64,000 bases of DNA from Candidatus Hodarchaeota archaeon (GTDB taxonomy: Archaea > Asgardarchaeota > Lokiarchaeia > Sigyniarchaeales > SOKP01). Positions 48,673 to 57,051 of this stretch are shown here, piece after piece (within the stretch, counting starts at the first letter, position 1; every line of letters begins with the position of its first letter). Where the stretch lies: positions 10,958 to 74,957 of the forward strand of contig JBHLKM010000005.1 in NCBI GenBank assembly GCA_048886685.1, given 5' to 3'. A program made the position numbers and the translations under genes. The notes beneath the pieces were generated by a model. It worked only from the letters and a program-made list of their open reading frames with translations. It was not told the origin of the DNA and did not search any database.

Positions 48673-49437
48673 ATTCTAATATGGGTTATTTTATTTAGTA
48701 TTTTGGGAAGTGTTGGAGCAATTAGTGCGGCTGGGAGCTTTATGTTTTTAAGTGAAAAAGTACAAAAGGGACTAATACCAATTCTTATTGCTTTTGCTAC
48801 AGGAATTTTACTTACCGCCTCACTTTTAGGGTTAATTCCAGAAGCCCTCGAAGAAGTAGGAGAACCTCATATTATTATGCCATACATTTTAGGAGGTATC
48901 CTCTTTTTCTTTGTAATGGAAAAGATTATTATTTGGAGAAATTGTCGTGATAAAGAATGTGAGGTACATTCACATGCTTCTGGACCTATCATTCTTATTG
49001 GTGATTCTTTGCATAATCTAACAGATGGTATCGTTATCGCAGCAGCATTTTTGACGGATTCAACTAATCCTACTTTAGGAATTGTAGCAGGATTTACAAT
49101 CATTTTTCATGAACTGGCACATGAAACTGGAGATTTTGGTATCCTTTTGCATTCAGGTTATTCAAAAAGAAAAGCATTTCTTTATAATATATTCTCAAGC
49201 TCAACTACAATACCAGCAGCAATTATATCTTATTTCATTTTAGATTCGATAGAATTTACTATACCATTTTTGTTAGCAATATCTGCCGCGAGTTTTATTT
49301 ACATTGCTCTTTCCGACTTAACTCCAGATCTTCACCAACACACAGATTTGAAATATATCCTTCGTCAATTAATCGTTATCGTATTAGGAATTGTTCTGAT
49401 GACACTATTATTGTCAATAGGAGGTCATGAACACTAA
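48673..49437 (+). CDS. ZIP-family metal transporter
   Basis: AFATG.LL, LIPEA, GDSLHNLTDG, HELAHETGDF, SFIYIA.SDL.P. TM1 (ILIWVILFSILGS) begins upstream of the track's TTG 48703. Confidence 0.92.
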   Translation: MLIWVILFSILGSVGAISAAGSFMFLSEKVQKGLIPILIAFATGILLTASLLGLIPEALEEVGEPHIIMPYILGGILFFFVMEKIIIWRNCRDKECEVHSHASGPIILIGDSLHNLTDGIVIAAAFLTDSTNPTLGIVAGFTIIFHELAHETGDFGILLHSGYSKRKAFLYNIFSSSTTIPAAIISYFILDSIEFTIPFLLAISAASFIYIALSDLTPDLHQHTDLKYILRQLIVIVLGIVLMTLLLSIGGHEH

Positions 49438-49484
49438 AATTATCTTTTTTCATTTATTAAAGTAATATTGGTATTGTTTGGGTC

Positions 49485-49898
49485 ATGTTAGATTTTGAAT
49501 ATAGGGTTTTAAGATTATTATATCGGAAATATGCTCTAAAAGTCGGTACTATTGCTAAAGAGATTGGAGTACCTCATTCTACTGTAGGAAGTTGTGTTAA
49601 AAGATTAGAAAGACAAGGATATGTAATTTATCAACGTTATAAACCAGTATTTTTATCAGACAAAGGGAGAGATCTTGCTATTGAGTTAGATCGGCATGCG
49701 CATCTACTTGAAATGCTATTAATCAATGAACTTGAAATCGAAGCTGAATATGCTCATGCTGAATGTGAAAAATTTAATTTGCTTTTTTCATGTAATGTAA
49801 TAAACAAAATTTGTGAAAGATACAATCATCCAAAAGAATGTACATGTGGCGAAGAAATTTCATATTCTACAGATTGCTTTTGTGAAAAAGATCTTTAA
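49485..49898 (+). CDS. DtxR/MntR-family metal-dependent repressor
   Basis: IAKEIGVPHSTV...RLERQGYV.YQRY, RHAHLLE, AHAECE, HPKECTCGEEI. Confidence 0.9.
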   Translation: MLDFEYRVLRLLYRKYALKVGTIAKEIGVPHSTVGSCVKRLERQGYVIYQRYKPVFLSDKGRDLAIELDRHAHLLEMLLINELEIEAEYAHAECEKFNLLFSCNVINKICERYNHPKECTCGEEISYSTDCFCEKDL

Positions 49899-50383
49899 AA
49901 ATTCTTTTTACTAATAATATTAGTTGAAGCATATGCAGTTAATATTTTTCCATAAAAATAGTGATGACTGCTCAAATTTGATTTACTGGAATATATAATT
50001 TTACATTCATAATTTAAAATACAATTTTTTATCGTAGGTACTTTAGTATTCTTTCCGGGAATTGTTATCAATCCAGATTCACTTATTTTATCAACATTTC
50101 TCCCTGAATGAAATCCTGCTATATTTACAGCATGATAAGTTTTCTCTGAGGGTATATTAATCGTAAATTCATTTATACCTTCTGTTAATAATGTATATGT
50201 ATATCGACTATAAGCTACTTGAGCCCTAATAACAGGATAACCCTCAATTTCAGTAATTTTTTTCCAATCTAAAGCCATAACATTGCATTTACCTTTTTTA
50301 TCCATCGTTACCATTAATGCGGCATTTCCATCAAAATATTCAATGTATTCATCTGGTTCAATTTCTTCTCTGTTATATGACAT
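49895..50383 (-). CDS. Flavin reductase-like (flavoredoxin) protein
   Basis: NVMA..W, RYTY, EFTINIP, SGRNVDK, YECK; start taken as MSYN (track starts at 50428). Confidence 0.85.
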   Translation of the reverse strand: MSYNREEIEPDEYIEYFDGNAALMVTMDKKGKCNVMALDWKKITEIEGYPVIRAQVAYSRYTYTLLTEGINEFTINIPSEKTYHAVNIAGFHSGRNVDKISESGLITIPGKNTKVPTIKNCILNYECKIIYSSKSNLSSHHYFYGKILTAYASTNIISKKNF

Positions 50384-50436
50384 TATTTTAAGCCTATTTT
50401 TTAATTTTTTCCAGAATTTTTTATACAATGTATTAA

Positions 50437-51282
50437 TTAAGGAAGTCCTGCTCCTGGAACCTCTACCTCTACATATTCGATTTTTCCATTAGTTCTTTCA
50501 GAAGTAGACGTAGTTATAAAGAGTGTATCACGGTTGGGACCACCAAGCATACAGGCATATGCATTTGTTTCGATTTTTACTTTATGAGTAATTTTTCCCC
50601 CTTCAAGAACACGAACTACTCTATGTCGACCGGGAGCAGCGACCCAAATAGCACCTTCTGTATCTAAACAAATTCCATCTGGTGCAATGGATTTCAGATT
50701 TGCCCATATTCGACGGTTTTCTAAAGAGCCATCTTCCATGATATCGAATGCAGTAAGACGAGTTGCGAAAGTTTCTGCAACTATAAGTGTAGTTTCATCT
50801 GGTGTTATAACAGTCCCATTTGGAAATGCCATATCCCCAGCTACAATCCTAGAATCTCCACTTAATTCTATGAGTACTATTTCAGCAGGTTTAAAAGGTT
50901 GTGTATTAAAAAAATCGAAACCAAAATTCCCCACATAGGCTCTCCCTTTTTTATCAACAACCATATCGTTACAATTAAAAGTTGCTAGACCACTTAAGTC
51001 AGCATGTTCAGTAAGTCCTTTAGGATCAAGACGAAGTAAACGACAATTCTCCATTGATACTACTAATAAACTACTATCAGGAAGCCATCCTAGACCAGAA
51101 GGTCGATTTGGTATTTCTAATATTGTCTCTATATTTCCATCAAGATCAACCGTCATTACCTTATGACTATCCATATCAGAAAACCATAGTCTACCATTAT
51201 GCCAACGTGGACTTTCCGGGAATAATAAACCCTCAATAAGCACTTTTGTTTCTAGAAATACCATTTTTTTTACAATTATCAA
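50437..51282 (-). CDS. SMP-30/gluconolactonase/LRE-family beta-propeller
   Basis: FPESPRWH, CNDMVVD, FPNG, PDGICLD, LGGP. Confidence 0.92.
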   Translation of the reverse strand: MIIVKKMVFLETKVLIEGLLFPESPRWHNGRLWFSDMDSHKVMTVDLDGNIETILEIPNRPSGLGWLPDSSLLVVSMENCRLLRLDPKGLTEHADLSGLATFNCNDMVVDKKGRAYVGNFGFDFFNTQPFKPAEIVLIELSGDSRIVAGDMAFPNGTVITPDETTLIVAETFATRLTAFDIMEDGSLENRRIWANLKSIAPDGICLDTEGAIWVAAPGRHRVVRVLEGGKITHKVKIETNAYACMLGGPNRDTLFITTSTSERTNGKIEYVEVEVPGAGLP

Positions 51283-51285
51283 AAA

Positions 51286-51528
51286 TTATGGTTCAAACTT
51301 TTTGTCGTTAATTATTTTATCTATAGCGAGAAGGCAAGCCTCTTCCCAATCATTGTCAGGATCAATACTCTCACCACAATCCGGGCACCAATCCTCGGGA
51401 TAACCTTCATCAAAATCCTCAGCTTCCATATCCCCATTTAAGATGCTACCACAATAAAAACAAACGCCATCATCATATCTATCTAAGATTTCAGAAATTA
51501 AATTGATTTTTTTCTTTGCATTCATCAT
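51286..51528 (-). CDS. Small acidic zinc-finger protein
   Basis: CFYC...CPDC; likely start MMNAKKK at 51528. Confidence 0.7.
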   Translation of the reverse strand: MMNAKKKINLISEILDRYDDGVCFYCGSILNGDMEAEDFDEGYPEDWCPDCGESIDPDNDWEEACLLAIDKIINDKKFEP

Positions 51529-51839
51529 AATAAGAGAATTTTTATTTAAAATATTATAGAATAAGAAAAAAAACAATATAAGTGTTTAATGTAATTTAAA
51601 AAGGCTAGGATATAATATGAACTTCACTTTATCTTTTATTAGAAATTATTAAAAGATCTATCAAAGTGGTACTATCTATTTGCTAAAATATATATGGTTG
51701 TACTCTATAGATTAGCTAAATAAATTTAAATATATGTATCCTATTTTGTTTTTAAGAATTAAATTGTATTTAATAAATAATTGGGACAGTATTTATCTTT
51801 TCTATAGAAATATAACTGTTAATAAAGGCGATATAATAA

Positions 51840-52877
51840 TTGGATGGCGTTATTAACCTAAAACTAATAGTACTTGGAGAAGGAGAAGTAGGAAAATCAT
51901 CTATAATAAAAACGTTTTTAGGAGAAGCAATTTCTGAGAGATATATGCCTACAATTGGGAGTGTCACGTATAGAAAAGAATATTCATTAAAAGAAATATC
52001 AAAAATTATTAGGTTGACTATCTGGGATCTTGGGGGACAAAAATCCTTCAATCCTTATAATCCCGTTCATTACGCTAATGCGGATTTAGCTATTTTAGTT
52101 TTTGATTTAACCAAATCAGAAAACACATTGAAGAATCTTAAAAAAGAATTCGAGGAAAAAATGAGTAAATCAACGGAAGAATGTATATCTATCTTTGTCG
52201 GAAATAAGTTGGACATATTTGAACTAGGTAAAAAACTTAAAAACACTCTCCAAAATTTTTTTAATGATCGAGATCATTTTATTTTACTTTCTGCTAAAAC
52301 TGGCGAGAATATTGAAGAATGTTTTGAACTTTTGATTTTTACATATCTACAGAGAGCAGAATTATTAACTCCTGATCTCGTTCAAGAAAACTCAGCGAAT
52401 GAGTTTTTAAAATCAATAGGGAAGGATGAGAAGTCTTTAAAAAGTAAAATACTAAATTTAAATTCTATTAATTCTGCTTTAAATAAACATAAGTCAATAC
52501 CTAAAGCCACAGCAGAAGATTCCACCGAAGATAAATCAAGTGAATTAAAGTATCAAGAATTTATTCAACAAGAATTAAGTAAAGTTGGAGATCAGAAAGA
52601 AAATGTACTTGATCAGTTTTTAATAAATTTATCTGAATTAGAAAAGGCATTGACTCACATAAAGAAATCTCATATCAAGTCGGTTGATGAGGTGGTTGAT
52701 AACTTACAAAGTTTATTAATAACCTCAAAAATAGATTTTGAAAAAAATCTTGAATTAATCCAAAAATTAAATAGAGAAGAGAATGAATTAATGATCATCA
52801 GCTCTAAACTTGAAAACGAAATTCAAGAAGCCAATAATAAGGATCCAAATTATCAAAAAAGGATATATAATGTTTAA
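51840..52877 (+). CDS. Rab-like small GTPase fused to a C-terminal coiled-coil/helical domain
   Basis: G1 GEGEVGKS, PTIG, WDLGGQ, NKLD, SAKTG, then about 170 aa helical/coiled-coil tail. Confidence 0.9.
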   Translation: MDGVINLKLIVLGEGEVGKSSIIKTFLGEAISERYMPTIGSVTYRKEYSLKEISKIIRLTIWDLGGQKSFNPYNPVHYANADLAILVFDLTKSENTLKNLKKEFEEKMSKSTEECISIFVGNKLDIFELGKKLKNTLQNFFNDRDHFILLSAKTGENIEECFELLIFTYLQRAELLTPDLVQENSANEFLKSIGKDEKSLKSKILNLNSINSALNKHKSIPKATAEDSTEDKSSELKYQEFIQQELSKVGDQKENVLDQFLINLSELEKALTHIKKSHIKSVDEVVDNLQSLLITSKIDFEKNLELIQKLNREENELMIISSKLENEIQEANNKDPNYQKRIYNV

Positions 52878-52887
52878 TAAAAGGTAG

Positions 52888-53841
52888 GTGATTAAAATTT
52901 CAAGTACCGAACAAGCTTCAATAAAAGAATTACAGAATTTAAGAGAACAATTAAAAAAAATTGATCAGAGATTGAATCAACAGATAAAATCAATAGATCA
53001 GAAAACTCTAGATCACATGAATAAATCTGAAAAGAAATTAACAGAGCAAATATACAAAATAGAAAAGAGCCTAGTCGATCAAATGAAGAAAATGGGACAG
53101 AAAATTGAAGATAACGTCAATAAACTTGATCAAAGTATGACTAACCAAATAAACAAACAAGATGAAGATTTAAATGAAAAACTTAATAAACTTGAGAAGA
53201 GTTTGGATGAGCAAGTTAATAATATTAATAAAAAAATTGAAAATATTACTAATATTTATGATCAGGAGTTAGAAGATAAATATAATAATCTCAATAATAA
53301 AATGGAAGGAATTAACAATACGTTAATTGAAGAATTGAAAGGTGCATCTGACAGATTCGATAAAAATCTTAATAGTCAAATCACAAATGTTGAAGATAAA
53401 ATAAAGATTATAATTGATAGTATAAAAGCAGTCAACAATGATTTTTCTCTAAAATTTCAGAGATTACAGGAAGAATTTGAAACAAAGGAAGAAGTTCTAC
53501 TTGATATGTTAAAGAAATTCGAAGATGAAACTAATGAATTTAAAAATAACCTTAAACCAGAGTTAGAACATCTTAAAAGTCAACAAGATTTGGTCAAAAT
53601 AACAATGGATATACTTAAGAAACAAATTTTTGAGAACGCTAAAGAATGGATTAATGATGAGATAAAACTAGCATGTAAAAATAAAGAAAGAGAAATCTTA
53701 ATGAATTTATGGATTGATGAGTTAAAAGACATAATAGAGGATTTGGATAAATTAAAAGAAACAAATCCTAAAGAATTAAAAATTCATATTAATGAAATTT
53801 CAGCTACTATTGAATCATTTCGACATAAATTTGTTAAATAA
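52888..53841 (+). CDS. All-helical protein with 11-residue (hendecad) repeats
   Basis: IDQRLNQQIKS/IDQKTLDHMNK/SEKKLTEQIYK/IEKSLVDQMKK/MGQKIEDNVNK/LDQSMTNQINK/QDEDLNEKLNK/LEKSLDEQVNN; 10-nt gap from the GTPase gene. Confidence 0.85.
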   Translation: MIKISSTEQASIKELQNLREQLKKIDQRLNQQIKSIDQKTLDHMNKSEKKLTEQIYKIEKSLVDQMKKMGQKIEDNVNKLDQSMTNQINKQDEDLNEKLNKLEKSLDEQVNNINKKIENITNIYDQELEDKYNNLNNKMEGINNTLIEELKGASDRFDKNLNSQITNVEDKIKIIIDSIKAVNNDFSLKFQRLQEEFETKEEVLLDMLKKFEDETNEFKNNLKPELEHLKSQQDLVKITMDILKKQIFENAKEWINDEIKLACKNKEREILMNLWIDELKDIIEDLDKLKETNPKELKIHINEISATIESFRHKFVK

Positions 53842-53991
53842 AATAATATTTCTCCTTCTTTTTATTAGATTTTCTAAGGGTAGTAAAAACCAAAATTTAC
53901 TCATAACACATACCTAATTTTATAACCTTTAGAATTTAATATATTGAATAATAAATTTAGAAAAAATTTAATACAAGGATTGATATTAAAA

Positions 53992-54951
53992 ATGACTCCA
54001 GATATTATTTCCCTTGGAGAATTGTTAGTTGAAATTATGCGAACAGAATTGAATACACCACATGGAGTAACTGGTGCTGATTATCGGGGTCCATTTCCTA
54101 GTGGAGCACCCGCAATTTTTATCGACTCCGCCAGTCGCATGGGAAAACCATTCGGTTTTACTACAGGATTTATTGGTGTTGTAGGAAATGATGAATTTGG
54201 AGCTACCATAATTGAAAAGTTGGAAAAAGATGGCGTAGATGTATCTCAAATTAGAATTTCTGATACTGAGACTACAGGTATTGCTTTTAATCAATATAAT
54301 TCAGACAGTTCTCGGAAATTTATATTCGCACCGGGTGCTGCTGGTAAAACCACTTCTTCTGATATAAGAAATTTTTACTTCGAAGGTATAAAATGCTTAC
54401 ATATTATGGGAAGTGCTCTTTCAATTAGTAAAAATTCACGTAAGGCGTGTTATAAGGCAATAAAAATAGCAAAAAAGAAAAATCCTAATGTTTTAATTTC
54501 TTTTGATCCTAATTTAAGGCCGGAATTACTCGATTTAGAGGTTATACTTAAAATTTGCAGGCCTGTTTTAGAAACAACAGAAATTTTACTTCCAAGTGGG
54601 GAAGAAGCTGAAATGTTGGCAGGAATTAATGGTCCAATTGAAGCTTGTAAAAAATTGCTAGAAAAAGGTCCAAAAATCATAGTATTGAAACAAGGGAAAA
54701 GAGGATGTAAGATCTTTACGATAGATAATCCAAATGGTACTAATATAGAAGGATTCAAAGTTCATGAAGTGGATCCAACTGGAGCAGGGGATTCGTTTGG
54801 TGGTGCGTTTGTTGTAGGTTATTTAGGTGGATGGGATTTGAATAAGACAGCTAAATTTGCAAATATTGTAGGAGCACTGAAGGTAAAACATTTTGGACCT
54901 ATGTCAGATATAACCTATGAAGAAGTTATTGAATTAATGGAGAAAATTTGA
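53992..54951 (+). CDS. PfkB-family sugar kinase
   Basis: LGELLVE, SGAPAIF, FDPNLRP, DPTGAGDSF; start taken as MTPD (track starts at 53944). Confidence 0.93.
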   Translation: MTPDIISLGELLVEIMRTELNTPHGVTGADYRGPFPSGAPAIFIDSASRMGKPFGFTTGFIGVVGNDEFGATIIEKLEKDGVDVSQIRISDTETTGIAFNQYNSDSSRKFIFAPGAAGKTTSSDIRNFYFEGIKCLHIMGSALSISKNSRKACYKAIKIAKKKNPNVLISFDPNLRPELLDLEVILKICRPVLETTEILLPSGEEAEMLAGINGPIEACKKLLEKGPKIIVLKQGKRGCKIFTIDNPNGTNIEGFKVHEVDPTGAGDSFGGAFVVGYLGGWDLNKTAKFANIVGALKVKHFGPMSDITYEEVIELMEKI

Positions 54952-55515
54952 ATTTAATGTAAATGCGAGTTATATAAAACTTATATTTAAAAGACATATT
55001 AAATTTTGTGAATGATTAGAATCAAAAAATCTTAAATTATATCTCTATTTTTAATTTAATAAAAAGATCATCATGATCTTTATGTTTTGACCGGAAATGA
55101 AACAGTTTTAGTATTTTTTTTAAAAATAAGCAAATTTAGGAGTGGTACTGAATCTGTTTTGATGCGAATATCAGATAAAAATTTATCGTTATTATGCAAT
55201 CCCACCAAAAGACTTTAATAATACCACTTTGGAAAGATTTCAAACAAAAATTAAAATTAGTGCCTATTTAAACTTTTTTGTTGCCTCAGTGATTTTCCAG
55301 AGATATAAAAGAGAAAAGATTAAAATTTAAATATATGAATTAAGTATATTTCATAAGATACTTATTAGTATTAGATGTAGAAAAAATGATCGATTATTTA
55401 AATCGACACATATTTAAGCAAATTTGCAGTTGCAATAATTAAATTTTATAATTACTAATTCTAATTCTATATGAGGTAAAGATATTTTAAATCCAATATT
55501 CAGAAACGTGAAATA

Positions 55516-56970
55516 ATGACTAACGAATTGAATGGTGAAGAAAAAGAAACTAAGTCAGACAAGGAAATTGAGAAGATAGATAAGGAATTTTTGTCTAAAG
55601 CTAAAAATTCCAGAGATATGATAGATAAAAAATTGAGAACTTTTGAAGATAGTATAGAAAATATCTCAGAAACAATTACTGAAACAGAAGAACAAAAAGA
55701 AAAAAGCAAAAAAGAAGTAGAGGAAATTAGTGAAGAGGTAAAAGAAGCACAAATACAGCTTGATACAATCTCAAAGAAAATTAACGATAAAGAAGAATAT
55801 CTAACAGCTATTGAAGAAACAATATCTACTCTTGAAGAGAAGTATAATCGAAAAACAGAAGAAATGAAAAATCTGGAAGAACGACTCGAAATTATTAAAG
55901 AGAGTAAAGAAAATCTAGAAGACGAATATAAAGAACTCTTAAGAAATAACGAGCAATTAGTTAAGACATATGAAAGTAGGCAAGTTGATTTAATTGTTCT
56001 CACTGACTCTGTAAAAGAGAAAGTTACATCTCAGGATGAACTAAGAAATAAAATCTCAAAACTGAACCAAGAAATATTGGAAAAAGAAGCAAAAATAGAG
56101 AAACAAAGGGAAGAATCAGAGGCTCTGGAGAAAAAAATAAAAAGTCAGAGTGCTGAAAACGAGACTTTAAGATTTTACCTTAATAAAAATAAGGTTGAAT
56201 TAGAACACTCTAATTCCGAAATTGAGGCAAAAGAAGAGGAAAGGAAACTTCTAACAGAACAAATTGAAAAAAAGGAATTAAAGATAAAGGAAATAGAACA
56301 AAGGATCGAAGAATATCATGACGGTTTTCCTGAAATGGAAAAACAAAGAGAAACATATGAGGAACTTCTTGCTAAGTATAAAGTTCAGCTCACAGATAAG
56401 CAACAGCAGTTAATTGATATGGAATCTCGAATTCAAGAGCTAAAAGAAACGGCCGAATCCTTAGATGATCAGTTAATTACCAAACGAAATTTAATTGATG
56501 CTAATGAAAAAAGAATTGAAGATTTAAAACAAGATATAGAAACGTCAAATACAGAATACCTTGAGAGAGAAGAACGCCTCGATGCTATAACCGAGAAATT
56601 AACGCGTATGGAATTAGATCATGATAAATTAAAAAAAGCTAAAGAAGCAATTGAGAATAGTACAAATGACTCTCGAATTATACTTCAGCAATTGAAAGAA
56701 GAATTAGAAAATCAAGAAAAGGAAATTAGAGATAAAGAAAGTCGTATTCACAGACTAGAAATATTATCTGCGATATATAGAGCTTCAAAATTCTTCGGCG
56801 GAATTTTAATAGGTGCGGGAGTATTCTTTATAATTTGGGCCATAGGAATATTTTTTAATACTATAGATTTAGGGGACGTAAATGTAAATACATTTTTAAT
56901 GGTTATATTCCTGTTAATTGGGGCTATTTTGTCAATTATTTCTGGAATATTCCATCTTGAGAAATCTTAA
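55516..56970 (+). CDS. Long coiled-coil protein with C-terminal two-TM anchor
   Basis: About 420 aa of E/K-rich coiled coil, then FFGGILIGAGVFFIIWAIGIFF and FLMVIFLLIGAILSIISGIF. Confidence 0.85.
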   Translation: MTNELNGEEKETKSDKEIEKIDKEFLSKAKNSRDMIDKKLRTFEDSIENISETITETEEQKEKSKKEVEEISEEVKEAQIQLDTISKKINDKEEYLTAIEETISTLEEKYNRKTEEMKNLEERLEIIKESKENLEDEYKELLRNNEQLVKTYESRQVDLIVLTDSVKEKVTSQDELRNKISKLNQEILEKEAKIEKQREESEALEKKIKSQSAENETLRFYLNKNKVELEHSNSEIEAKEEERKLLTEQIEKKELKIKEIEQRIEEYHDGFPEMEKQRETYEELLAKYKVQLTDKQQQLIDMESRIQELKETAESLDDQLITKRNLIDANEKRIEDLKQDIETSNTEYLEREERLDAITEKLTRMELDHDKLKKAKEAIENSTNDSRIILQQLKEELENQEKEIRDKESRIHRLEILSAIYRASKFFGGILIGAGVFFIIWAIGIFFNTIDLGDVNVNTFLMVIFLLIGAILSIISGIFHLEKS

Positions 56971-57051
56971 ATTAGCCTTATACTAATTACAAAAATTAAT
57001 TAAAAAACATTTGAAATTCAAAATAATTATTACTTTTTTAAGGATTTAGGC

